Assembly (NCBI GenBank): GCA_041662725.1
Contig: JBAZRX010000001.1
Location: forward strand, 85 to 64,084
DNA length: 64,000 nt
Direction of reading: 5' to 3'
Origin: Minisyncoccota bacterium
GTDB taxonomy: Bacteria > Patescibacteriota > Minisyncoccia > Phycocordibacterales > PALSA-1337
Part shown: one piece after another, positions 35,701-44,746 of the stretch
How the letters are laid out: each line of letters starts with the position of its first letter
How positions within the stretch are numbered: position 1 is the first letter of the stretch
Position numbers and translations under genes: made by a program
Notes under the pieces: model-generated
Seen by the model: the letters and a program-made list of their open reading frames with translations, nothing else
Databases searched by the model: none
What the model was told of the DNA's origin: nothing

Positions 35701-36555
35701 TTATACACTACTTCTCATATTCTTTCCTGGCTGGCGTCTGGAAACAACATAAACATTTGAATATTTCTTTGATCGACGTGTTCTCTGACCCTTTCCTGCC
35801 GGTTTACCCCACATGGTCTTCAAACGACGCAAACCACGACCTTGTCTTTGTTCACCACCACCATATGGGTGATCTACGGGGTTCATGGCTGAACCACGTA
35901 CTGTTGGGCGAATACCCATCCAACGTGAACGACCGGCTTTACCTATGTTCACAAGACGAGACTCTTCGTTAGAAACCGCACCGATAGATGCCCAAGAATC
36001 TTCATGAATCTTTCTAACTTCTGTTGATGGCATCTTAATGTGTGTATATCCAGCATCGTTAGCAACTACTTGAGCAAAAGAACCAGCAGAACGAACTAAC
36101 TTTGCACCACTTTTTGGCTTAACTTCAATATTATAAATAAATGTACCGACTGGAATCTTCTTTAAAGGTAAACGATTACCTATTTCAATAGGGGCATTTT
36201 CCGAAACGATAAATGAATTACCAACTTTCATTGTCTTTGGTAAAAGAACATAACGTTTTGCACCATCTTTATAATTTACAATACCGATATAACCAGTACG
36301 AAAAGGATCATACTCAACAGTTTTAACAGTCGCAATAATATCTTTCTTATCATACATAAAATCAATCTCTCTATAGAGTTTCTTGTGTCCTCCACCATGA
36401 TGGCGAGTAGTAATGCGTCCAGCAGAATTGCGTCCCACATCACGTTTCATTCCATGAGTAAGAGACTTGTTTGGTTCTGACACAGTCAAATATTCTTTGA
36501 ACGGTAAAACCGTCATATGTCTCCTTGATTTACTTGTTGGATTAAATGATTTCAT
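35701..36555 (-). CDS. rplB: 50S ribosomal protein L2
   Basis: 284 aa L2 consensus including 'HHGGGHKKLYR' region and C-terminal 'GGGEQRQGRG'. Confidence 0.95.
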   Translation of the reverse strand: MKSFNPTSKSRRHMTVLPFKEYLTVSEPNKSLTHGMKRDVGRNSAGRITTRHHGGGHKKLYREIDFMYDKKDIIATVKTVEYDPFRTGYIGIVNYKDGAKRYVLLPKTMKVGNSFIVSENAPIEIGNRLPLKKIPVGTFIYNIEVKPKSGAKLVRSAGSFAQVVANDAGYTHIKMPSTEVRKIHEDSWASIGAVSNEESRLVNIGKAGRSRWMGIRPTVRGSAMNPVDHPYGGGEQRQGRGLRRLKTMWGKPAGKGQRTRRSKKYSNVYVVSRRQPGKNMRSSV

Positions 36556-36572
36556 GGTAATTGATTTCTATG

Positions 36573-37034
36573 TTATACAAAGTCAATTTTCTCTCCCTTC
36601 TTTACAGTCACGATAGCCTTACGAATTCCTGATACTGTTCCTTTGCGGCCTTTTACAAAGACCTTTCTTTCTGGTGTATTGATCATAGCAATCTTGACAG
36701 GATTTACCTTGTAAAGAGCGATAATAGCCTTAGAAACCATCATTTTATTAGCATCCTTGGTTACCTTAAATGTATAAACACCACTTTGACTCAAAATACC
36801 AGATTTCTCTGTAATACAAGGACTGATAATAACCGACGCTGTATTTGATGCAGAACCAGAACTGAGTATTGGAGCTGTAATACTTTTTGTTGCAACAGCT
36901 TTTGTTGATTTGGAAGAAACCAATTTTTGAACCTTTTGTTCCTTATATGACCCTTTTTCAGATGCGCTTTTAGTCACCTTGGCTTCTTGCTCAAGCTTCT
37001 CATCTTTTCTTTTTTTAAATCCGAATATTGCCAT
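36573..37034 (-). CDS. rplW: 50S ribosomal protein L23 with ~60-aa K/S-rich N-terminal extension
   Basis: Core 'VIISPCITEKSGILSQSGVYTFKVTKDANKMMVSKAIIALYKV...' preceded by low-complexity 'KRKDEKLEQEAKVTKSASEKGSYKEQKVQKLVSSKSTKAVATKS'. Confidence 0.85.
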   Translation of the reverse strand: MAIFGFKKRKDEKLEQEAKVTKSASEKGSYKEQKVQKLVSSKSTKAVATKSITAPILSSGSASNTASVIISPCITEKSGILSQSGVYTFKVTKDANKMMVSKAIIALYKVNPVKIAMINTPERKVFVKGRKGTVSGIRKAIVTVKKGEKIDFV

Positions 37035-37039
37035 GGTAT

Positions 37040-37702
37040 TTATTTTACTGTCTTAGCGACAAGCATCTTTAAAGAAACTTCTGGGTTAACAATTACTAAA
37101 TAAGTATGATTCAAAATTGATACTGGATTAATATTACGAAATTCTTCTATTGAAATGTTGCCCATATTATTAAAACTCTTTTCAACTGACTCAACCTTCT
37201 TATCCATAGCTATTACTGCAGTATTAATTCTTTTTGTTAAAAGCCTTTCATAACCTTTGATTCCTGCGAGGGCTGAAACAATATTTTTTGCTTCCTTTGT
37301 CTTTGGCTTGGTTATATCTACATTATCAACAAAGATGATTTCCCCTTCTTTAAATTTCTTTGATAAAACAGTAAAAAGAGCCTTAGTTCTGACTTTTTTA
37401 TTGATCTTTCTATCAAAATTCTTATCATTACGAGGACCGTGAGCACCACCACCAACCCATATAGGAGATCTTGATGAGCCATGACGAGCACGTCCAGTAC
37501 CCTTCTGTTTCCAAGGCTTCTTTCCACCTCCACGAACCTCTCCACGAGTCTTTGTATGAGCAATATTGGTACGAGAGTTGGAATTCATAAGACGTACAAC
37601 TTCATGAACTAGATCGGCATTCCAAGGAACACCAAAAATATTCTCTGGTAAAGAAATTTTACCTGTTGATTTACCTATTTGATTGTAGATAGTAGCTTCC
37701 AT
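37040..37702 (-). CDS. rplD: 50S ribosomal protein L4
   Basis: 220 aa; 'RGEVRGGGKKPWKQKGTGRARHGS' L4 loop. Confidence 0.9.
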   Translation of the reverse strand: MEATIYNQIGKSTGKISLPENIFGVPWNADLVHEVVRLMNSNSRTNIAHTKTRGEVRGGGKKPWKQKGTGRARHGSSRSPIWVGGGAHGPRNDKNFDRKINKKVRTKALFTVLSKKFKEGEIIFVDNVDITKPKTKEAKNIVSALAGIKGYERLLTKRINTAVIAMDKKVESVEKSFNNMGNISIEEFRNINPVSILNHTYLVIVNPEVSLKMLVAKTVK

Positions 37703-37769
37703 GAAAGAAAATTGGCTCTAATGAGCGTGCAAAGCATCTTAACAGAGGCGTGAAGTGAAGTCAAATGAC

Positions 37770-38282
37770 TCATTCTGTTGAATATTTCAATGCAAATACG
37801 ATTGCAGTTATCACTACGAATATACCTATACTATAAGTTAAATATGCCAAAGTATTTGTGTATGAAAGTAAATTCAGCTGTGAAAGCAAGTAATTCCAAT
37901 CATGCATTGAAGAATCCCCTCCTAGCAACGGTAATTGCTGAACTATGGCATCACCCATATAAACAGATACGTTTATTATATTGTACCCAACCCACAACAG
38001 GAGTAACGAGGCTGAAAAAAATTCTTTACGAAAAAAGAAGTAGTTTGCAAAAATAAGCGGAACAAATACTTGAAGAATAGACCCGCCAAGCATTTGTATA
38101 AATTCACCAAAAAATATAAAGATTGAATGACCGGCCTCATGAATAATGAGATCTACATTATCAATAAAATGCCAATCATTTAAATTTGAAATACAATTAA
38201 AAAAATATAACCCTAAAATTATCGTCATTATCAAACGGTAATAATTTATTTTCACTGAGTTGATATTTTTGTCATTACTCAT
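37770..38282 (-). CDS. hypothetical membrane protein with HEAGH (HExxH) motif – putative membrane metallopeptidase
   Basis: 170 aa, 4-5 TM; 'LIIHEAGHSIFIFFGE' within a hydrophobic context. Confidence 0.4.
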   Translation of the reverse strand: MSNDKNINSVKINYYRLIMTIILGLYFFNCISNLNDWHFIDNVDLIIHEAGHSIFIFFGEFIQMLGGSILQVFVPLIFANYFFFRKEFFSASLLLLWVGYNIINVSVYMGDAIVQQLPLLGGDSSMHDWNYLLSQLNLLSYTNTLAYLTYSIGIFVVITAIVFALKYSTE

Positions 38283-38309
38283 ATCTATATCTTAAAAACT
38301 ACTAGGTAT

Positions 38310-39551
38310 TTATTCATAACGAAGCGCTTCTATTGGACTTTTCTTTGAAGCTTGTCTAGCAGGATAACCACCAAATATAAGACCTATAAGAGCCGATACA
38401 GAAAGACCTAGAATTGCACCGTCCCAAGGAAAAACAAATGTCCAATTAACACCTAAACCTTTAGACAAAACTATAGCGGCTATAAGAGCTAGAGAAGCTC
38501 CTAAAATAATACCTATAATTCCACCTATAGCTGTAAGCATAACCGCTTCAAGAAGAAATTGGGTTAGAATATCTCTATCAGTAGCACCTAAGGCTTTGCG
38601 TAAACCTATCTCACGTGTACGCTCTGTTACAGCCACAAGCATAATATTCATAATACCTACACCGCCTACAAACAAAGCAATTGAAGCTACGGCCACAAGA
38701 AACCAAGTTAAAGCAGATGTAATAGTTCCAAGTCTATTAGCCAGATCTTCTTGAGTTTGAACATAAAAATCATCTTTAGAAGAATCGGTAATACCATGAG
38801 ATTCCCTAAGAGTCCTACGAACATCTTCAGCTGTAGACTGAACTTGGTTATCAGTTTTCGCCTGGATAATAAAATGATGATAATACTTAATACCAAGCAT
38901 GTAATTATTTGCTGTTGTGTAAGGAACAACCACTGCCTCATCAAAATTAAATAATGAACCACCACCACCCTTCTCTAAGACTCCTACAATTTTAAGATTA
39001 CGATTCTTTAATTTTATCTTCTGTCCTATTGGATTTTCACCATCAATAAATAAATGCTCAACTACTTTTGCACCTATAACTGCCACATCCGCACGAGAAG
39101 AGACGTCATCTAGAGCAAAGAAATCTCCTTCAGCTATTTTCGCATCGAATATATCAGCAAGAAGCTCCGTACCTCCAAAAATAGATACTTGATAAACTTC
39201 AGATTTATATGAGGCTGAATCAGCACCAGCAACAAGAGGCATAAGTACTTTCAGATCTGGAACATTAGTTAATTTCATGAGCTCTCTTATGTCTTTATCT
39301 TTAAGAGAATCACTAAACATCTGAGCAGAATCAGATGGTCCAGTAGGTTCTCTCCCAGGAGTAACTATTATTGTGTTTGTTCCTAATCCCTGTACTTGCC
39401 CAAGGATAAGCTCTTGTGCACCAGCTCCAATTGAAACAACCATCATAATAGCTGTGATACCGATCACAATGCCTAGAATCGTCAAAAATGATCTTGATCT
39501 ATTCGTAGTAAGTCCGGTTAATGCTGTTTTTATTGAGTGTTTCCAAGTCAT
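38310..39551 (-). CDS. ABC transporter permease (MacB/FtsX family)
   Basis: N-terminal TM, large extracytoplasmic domain, C-terminal FtsX 4-TM bundle. Listed ORF extends to 39620 and overlaps the ATPase gene; start placed at the internal 'MTWKHSIKTAL'. Confidence 0.8.
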   Translation of the reverse strand: MTWKHSIKTALTGLTTNRSRSFLTILGIVIGITAIMMVVSIGAGAQELILGQVQGLGTNTIIVTPGREPTGPSDSAQMFSDSLKDKDIRELMKLTNVPDLKVLMPLVAGADSASYKSEVYQVSIFGGTELLADIFDAKIAEGDFFALDDVSSRADVAVIGAKVVEHLFIDGENPIGQKIKLKNRNLKIVGVLEKGGGGSLFNFDEAVVVPYTTANNYMLGIKYYHHFIIQAKTDNQVQSTAEDVRRTLRESHGITDSSKDDFYVQTQEDLANRLGTITSALTWFLVAVASIALFVGGVGIMNIMLVAVTERTREIGLRKALGATDRDILTQFLLEAVMLTAIGGIIGIILGASLALIAAIVLSKGLGVNWTFVFPWDGAILGLSVSALIGLIFGGYPARQASKKSPIEALRYE

Positions 39552-39567
39552 AAAATAACAATTTGCC

Positions 39568-40284
39568 TTATTTAACAAATTCATCACTAGCTGTAAGTCT
39601 TTTTTTAACTTTCGTATCACTTTCTATCTCCCCATCCATGAGTCTAATAATACGCTCCGCATGTTCTGCAGTAGAAGTCTCATGAGTTATAAGGACGATG
39701 GTTTTTCCATGTTCTTCATTCAAATGCTGTATGATAGCCATAACATTTTTCCCTGACTTAGAATCAAGATTACCAGTAGGTTCATCAGCAAAGATTACTT
39801 CAGGGTCAGTAACTAATGCCCTAGCGATAGCTACACGTTGTTTCTCTCCACCAGAAAGTTCTGACGGTTGGTGGTACATCCTATGCTCCAAACCAACAGA
39901 TATAACTGCTTTGCGAGCTCTCTCTTCCCATTCATTTTCAGAAACTTTTGAGTAATACAGCGGTAATTTCACATTTTCAAGTACAGATGTGCGTGGTAAA
40001 AGATTAAACATTTGGAAAACAAAACCAATTTCACGGTTACGTAAATCGGCTAATTCATCACTAGTATATGTTGATACATTTTTTCCATTAAAAGTATAAC
40101 GCCCGCCAGTTGGAGTGTCTAAAAGACCAAGTAAATGCAGTAATGTTGATTTACCACTACCAGAAGGGCCCATAATAGCCAAAAACTCACCTTTACGGAC
40201 GGAAAAAGATACTTTATTTAAAGCAATAGTATCTATACCATCATCGTATGACTTTTTTAGGTTGTTTACATCTATTATGTTCAT
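39568..40284 (-). CDS. ABC transporter ATP-binding protein (MacB/LolD-type)
   Basis: Walker A 'GPSGSGKST', signature 'LSGGEKQRVAIARAL', Walker B 'IFADEPTGNLD'. Confidence 0.9.
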   Translation of the reverse strand: MNIIDVNNLKKSYDDGIDTIALNKVSFSVRKGEFLAIMGPSGSGKSTLLHLLGLLDTPTGGRYTFNGKNVSTYTSDELADLRNREIGFVFQMFNLLPRTSVLENVKLPLYYSKVSENEWEERARKAVISVGLEHRMYHQPSELSGGEKQRVAIARALVTDPEVIFADEPTGNLDSKSGKNVMAIIQHLNEEHGKTIVLITHETSTAEHAERIIRLMDGEIESDTKVKKRLTASDEFVK

Positions 40285-40289
40285 GAAAA

Positions 40290-40378
40290 TTTAACAATTA
40301 CACAATTAGACAATTTAACAATTGAGACGCCGTGCTTTAATTGTTCAATTGTGTAATTGTTAAATTGTAGAATTACTA
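40290..40378. repeat. ACAATT-family hairpin repeat A5
   Basis: 'aacaattacacaattagacaatttaacaattg' – loop 'agacgccgtgcttt' – 'aattgttcaattgtgtaattgttaaattg'. Confidence 0.8.
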
Positions 40379-41902
40379 TTTTACATACGTCACAATCTTA
40401 TCCCCTGCTCTCAATCCTGAAATAATTTCAACCATACCATCTGAACCTTTAAGACCAACTTCTACAGGTATTGATACAAAACTTTTACCATCAGATCCAA
40501 GAAGACGCACATTTTTTGTTCCAGAAACATCAATAATAGTTCTTGTAGGAACAGTAATCACGTTACTGCGTTCACGAGTCAGTATATCTAAGTTAGCGGT
40601 CATGCCAGAACGAATACGCTCATCTTTCTGTAAAAAATGTAAAGTAACTTTATAAGTAGGTACGCCTTCCAATATTGTTTCAGCCGGGTCCATAGTAACT
40701 GCTACTGCCGGAAAATCCACATTCTGACCATAAGCATCCAAAGTAGTAGAAGCATAATTACCAATAACAATCTTAGCAATATCAGCTTCTGGAACATAAG
40801 CTTCTATTTTATATACATCATCACTTTGAACTCCATACACAATCTTACCTGCCTGAACAAATTCACCCACACTAGGATCTGCACGAGTAATAATGCCGCT
40901 AATAGGAGAAACTATTCTATCTTTTTCATATTCTGCTTTATATGCTGCTACCAGAGCGGCTTGTGCCGCAATAGTTTGAGCAGATGACCCCGTCTTTCTT
41001 AAAATAAAATTGCTATCAGCTTGTTCATACGCTGACAAAGCATTTTCCAAACCAGTTTTCGCACTAGTAATTGAAGCTATAGCTTGATTCGTTAATGTAA
41101 GGCCTGAGTTTATTGATGAAACATAAGTATCAATAGTAGCCTGAGTTAAACCAGAATTACCTAGATTTAGATTATTAACAATAGTAGAAAGGCTACTCAT
41201 AAAATCTCTCACCACATTTACATACATATCTGCTTTTGAAATAAGAATATTTATATTATCTGTTGATGTTACAGCATCAATATCTGCTTTCCACTTAACT
41301 AAAGTTTCAGCTACTGAAATACGTGACATGTTAATTGTATTTTTTTCAGTTTGAGACTGAGTACGTACTTTTATTTCAGGGTTAGCACTTTGAGGACTAT
41401 CAAATAATGAATCGGCATAGTTTGTAATAGCACTTTGTGCCTGTACATAAGCCGTTCTAGAAGCATCAAAAGCTTCTTGTTTAGCATTCGCAAGAGAAAC
41501 TTTAGCTGTATTAACCTTTGATTGTTCCACTGCAAGTTCTTGTGAATTCAGATTGCGAGATAAATCATCCAACTTAGCTTGTGCTGAAGCAAGATTAGCA
41601 GCATCACCAGAACTGTTAAGCCCAGCAATCAGCGAACCTTTTTCTATTTTATCCCCAACTTTGACATTAATAGTTTTAATAATTCCACCTTTTTCAAAAG
41701 CCAAATCCGCCTTACCAACTGGAGATATTTTACCAGTAACACTAACTTTTTCTGTAATATTACCAACAGTAGCTACAGCGAATTCTATATTAACAGCAGG
41801 ATTTCTATTATAAAAAATAAATACTAGTACAATCGCAAGTATTACTACAAAAATAAAAACATATTTGTTTTTAATATAATGCTTAAAAAAAGATCTTTTC
41901 AT
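40376..41902 (-). CDS. efflux periplasmic adaptor (HlyD/MacA-like) protein
   Basis: N-terminal TM, long coiled-coil region, beta-barrel/lipoyl-like C-terminus. Listed ORF extends to 41962 across a GC-rich palindrome; start placed at 'MKRSFFKHY'. Confidence 0.65.
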   Translation of the reverse strand: MKRSFFKHYIKNKYVFIFVVILAIVLVFIFYNRNPAVNIEFAVATVGNITEKVSVTGKISPVGKADLAFEKGGIIKTINVKVGDKIEKGSLIAGLNSSGDAANLASAQAKLDDLSRNLNSQELAVEQSKVNTAKVSLANAKQEAFDASRTAYVQAQSAITNYADSLFDSPQSANPEIKVRTQSQTEKNTINMSRISVAETLVKWKADIDAVTSTDNINILISKADMYVNVVRDFMSSLSTIVNNLNLGNSGLTQATIDTYVSSINSGLTLTNQAIASITSAKTGLENALSAYEQADSNFILRKTGSSAQTIAAQAALVAAYKAEYEKDRIVSPISGIITRADPSVGEFVQAGKIVYGVQSDDVYKIEAYVPEADIAKIVIGNYASTTLDAYGQNVDFPAVAVTMDPAETILEGVPTYKVTLHFLQKDERIRSGMTANLDILTRERSNVITVPTRTIIDVSGTKNVRLLGSDGKSFVSIPVEVGLKGSDGMVEIISGLRAGDKIVTYVK

Positions 41903-41918
41903 AAACAAATACATTGTA

Positions 41919-41952
41919 CCACGAGGCCTCGCCTCGAGGCGAGGCCTCGTGG
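41919..41952. promoter_or_regulatory. perfect 34-bp GC-rich palindrome upstream of the efflux operon
   Basis: 'ccacgaggcctcgcctcgaggcgaggcctcgtgg' is its own reverse complement; stark GC contrast with the surroundings. Confidence 0.7.
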
Positions 41953-42035
41953 AAATCGCCATAAAAAGTCTTAAGCAAACAAATATCCGTAGATTTTCTT
42001 AAGTAAAGCAGACAAAAACAAACTAGATATTAAGA

Positions 42036-42066
42036 AGCACGAAAAATCCCCTGCAGGGGATTTTTC
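42036..42066 (-). terminator. rho-independent (bidirectional) terminator after rplC
   Basis: 'aaaaatcccctgcaggggattttt'. Confidence 0.65.
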
Positions 42067-42166
42067 TAGTCCTCAATGATTTTTCTGCTGAAAAATCATT
42101 TGCGGAGCCTCTTCATACCTATTTGTTTTCGTCTGCTACTATTTTATCGCTATGGAACACTAAAAT

Positions 42167-42772
42167 TTAACCCACTATCTCCACAAGCGTTCCCCTTCTT
42201 CCAGGAATAGCTCCTGAAACGTATAAAACACTTTCTTCAGCATCAATGTGAGCAACTTTAAGATTGGTAACGGTAATACGATCACTACCCATACGTCCTG
42301 CCATACGCATACCTACCGGAACATGTGTACGTAAGCCACCACCGATAGAACCTGCTTCACGTTCAGAGTGTTTCTGACCATGAGAACGAGGTCCTCCTCC
42401 GAAACCATGACGTTTTACAACACCCTGAAAACCTTTACCTTTGGAAACTGCTGTAACCATTACAGTATCACCTGGTTTGAACTGTGATATTTCTATCTTA
42501 TCTCCAACTTTAAGCGTAGGACTTTCAACACGAAATTCCTTAACTGAAGCAAATGATCCTAATTCCTTGAAATGACCTTTTTGTGGTTTATTTATACGAT
42601 TTGGATTACGAGAACCCTCGCCTATCTGTACAGCTTCATAACCATCTGTGTCTTTGGTGCGAACTTGTGTAACGACATTTCCACGTATAACTACTGCTGT
42701 AACTGGAATAGCAACACCAGAGGCATCGTATATTTGTGTCATATTCAGTTTTCTTCCTAGAATAAATTTCAT
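42167..42772 (-). CDS. rplC: 50S ribosomal protein L3
   Basis: 201 aa L3 consensus. Confidence 0.9.
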   Translation of the reverse strand: MKFILGRKLNMTQIYDASGVAIPVTAVVIRGNVVTQVRTKDTDGYEAVQIGEGSRNPNRINKPQKGHFKELGSFASVKEFRVESPTLKVGDKIEISQFKPGDTVMVTAVSKGKGFQGVVKRHGFGGGPRSHGQKHSEREAGSIGGGLRTHVPVGMRMAGRMGSDRITVTNLKVAHIDAEESVLYVSGAIPGRRGTLVEIVG

Positions 42773-42785
42773 GTGAATTTCTGTA

Positions 42786-43172
42786 TTACATCATCTTTAC
42801 ATCAATGTTAACTCCTGATGGCAAGCTAAGGTTAGTTAACGCTTCAATAACTTTTGGATTCGGATTAATAATATCAATCAAACGCTTGTGAACTCTCATT
42901 TCAAACTGCTCACGAGAATTCTTATCAATAAAAGACGCGCGATTTACGGTGTATTTCTTGATTTCCGTTGGCAAAGGTACTGGACCATGGATCTCAGCAT
43001 CATAACGAGCCGCTGTATCCATAATCTGTTTCAATGAAGCATCTAAAATCTTATGCTCATAAGCACGTACGCGAATGCGTAGATGTTGAACCTCGCCAGC
43101 AATCTTAGCTTTTTTAATTCTAGGATGTTTGACTGATTTAGACTCTTTTTTAATTGTTTCTTTTGTTGCCAT
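42786..43172 (-). CDS. rpsJ: 30S ribosomal protein S10 (with ~25-aa K-rich N-terminal extension)
   Basis: 'HLRIRVRAYEHKILDAS...' S10 core. Confidence 0.9.
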   Translation of the reverse strand: MATKETIKKESKSVKHPRIKKAKIAGEVQHLRIRVRAYEHKILDASLKQIMDTAARYDAEIHGPVPLPTEIKKYTVNRASFIDKNSREQFEMRVHKRLIDIINPNPKVIEALTNLSLPSGVNIDVKMM

Positions 43173-43182
43173 AATATTTAAT

Positions 43183-43269
43183 ATTCAACAATTTAACAAT
43201 TCCACAATTTAACAATCAAAACACCGTGTTCTAATTGTTAAATTGTCATATTGTTGAATTGTTAAATTA
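43183..43269. repeat. ACAATT-family hairpin repeat A6 (tuf–rpsJ spacer)
   Basis: 'caacaatttaacaattccacaatttaacaat' – loop 'caaaacaccgtgttc' – 'taattgttaaattgtcatattgttgaattgttaaatt'. Confidence 0.8.
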
Positions 43270-44457
43270 CTACGCGATCACTTTTGTTACAACACCAGCA
43301 CCCACAGTCTTTCCTCCTTCACGAACAGCAAATCTCTGTTTATCTTCAAGAGCAACTGGAGCAACGAGCTTTACTTTGAAAGTAATAGTATCTCCTGGCA
43401 TAACCATCTCAACCTTTTCAGGAAGAGTTACTTCACCAGTAACATCAGTAGTACGAATATAAAACTGAGGCTTATAACCTGTAAAGAATGGAGTGTGACG
43501 ACCACCTTCTTCCTTCTTCAAAACGTAAACTTCTGACTCAAATTCTGTATGAGGTTTGACAGACCCTGTCTTGGCAAGAACCTGACCTCTTGAAACATCA
43601 TCTTTAGCTGTACCACGAAGAAGAACTCCGGCGTTATCTCCAGCCATTCCCTCTTTGAGAGATTTATTAAACATTTCAATACCTGTAACAGTAGTCTTGG
43701 TTGTATCCTTGAAACCTACAATTTCAACTTCCTCACCAACCTTGATCATACCGCGTTCAATACGACCAGTAACCACAGTTCCACGACCTTCAATAGAGAA
43801 GATATCCTCAATAGGCATAAGGAAAGGCTTATCAACCTCACGAACTGGAGCTGGAATATAAGTATCAAGTGCGTTCATGAGCTCATCAATCTTTGTTGAC
43901 CATGTAGCATCACCATTCAAAGCATTTGAGGCTGAACCACGAATAATAGGAACATTTTTACCATCAAACTTGTTCTTCGTAAGAAGTTCGCGAACTTCCT
44001 CTTCAACAAGATCAATAAGATCTGTCTCAGGAACGAGATCACACTTGTTCAAGAAGACTACAATCTTTGGAACACCCACTTGGTAAGCCAAAAGAACGTG
44101 CTCACGTGTTTGTGGCATAACACCATCAGTTGCAGAAACGACGAGAATAGCTCCGTCCATTTGAGCGGCACCTGTAATCATGTTCTTAATAAAGTCGGCG
44201 TGTCCTGGACAGTCAATGTGAGCATAGTGACGAGTAGGAGTTTCGTACTCTACGTGAGACAAAGAAATTGTAACTGTCTTTGTAGCATCACGAACAGTAC
44301 CACCCTTTGTGATATCAGCGTATGCTTTAACATTTGCTAAACCTTTCTTGGATTGAACGGCCAAGATAGCTGCTGTCAAAGTAGACTTCCCGTGGTCAAT
44401 GTGACCAATGGTTCCAACGTTGATATGCGGCTTGTTGCGATTAAATTCTGCTGCCAT
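43270..44457 (-). CDS. tuf: elongation factor Tu
   Basis: 395 aa; 'GHIDHGKST', 'DCPGHADF', 'NKCD' GTPase motifs. Confidence 0.95.
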   Translation of the reverse strand: MAAEFNRNKPHINVGTIGHIDHGKSTLTAAILAVQSKKGLANVKAYADITKGGTVRDATKTVTISLSHVEYETPTRHYAHIDCPGHADFIKNMITGAAQMDGAILVVSATDGVMPQTREHVLLAYQVGVPKIVVFLNKCDLVPETDLIDLVEEEVRELLTKNKFDGKNVPIIRGSASNALNGDATWSTKIDELMNALDTYIPAPVREVDKPFLMPIEDIFSIEGRGTVVTGRIERGMIKVGEEVEIVGFKDTTKTTVTGIEMFNKSLKEGMAGDNAGVLLRGTAKDDVSRGQVLAKTGSVKPHTEFESEVYVLKKEEGGRHTPFFTGYKPQFYIRTTDVTGEVTLPEKVEMVMPGDTITFKVKLVAPVALEDKQRFAVREGGKTVGAGVVTKVIA

Positions 44458-44635
44458 GTGATTATTGATTTAGTGCCCTGATTTTTTGGATCTTATCGTT
44501 AACGGTTGTGTGCAAACGCTAGCGATAGAGATCCAAAAAAAAGGGATAAATTATTAATAGTTAATAAATAATAATGAACTAAAGACTAACAAAACGCAGG
44601 GTCTGCGCTTGTATCATAAGATAGCATAACGCAAT

Positions 44636-44746
44636 AAAATTCGCAAATTTTTTTCTACGAATCTACGAATATGCGAATGAAACACAGCATCTGCGATTAT
44701 TCGTAGATTCGTAGCCCATTCGCATAATTCGTAGATTCGTAGTTTA
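44636..44746. promoter_or_regulatory. ACGAAT-family hairpin B2 (upstream of tuf, immediately downstream of the giant gene)
   Basis: Left arm 'ctacgaatctacgaatatgcgaatg', right arm 'cattcgcataattcgtagattcgtag'; 8-bp ctACGAAT units. Confidence 0.75.

Noticed and set aside
24319-43269. CRISPR array interpretation of the 8-bp tandem units
   Set aside because: Units are 8 bp with no unique spacers, arrays are short and arranged as inverted arms. No cas genes present.
44458-44640. tRNA gene(s) upstream of tuf
   Set aside because: Only an imperfect hairpin (ggatcttatcg/cgatagagatcc) found; no cloverleaf with T-loop consensus.
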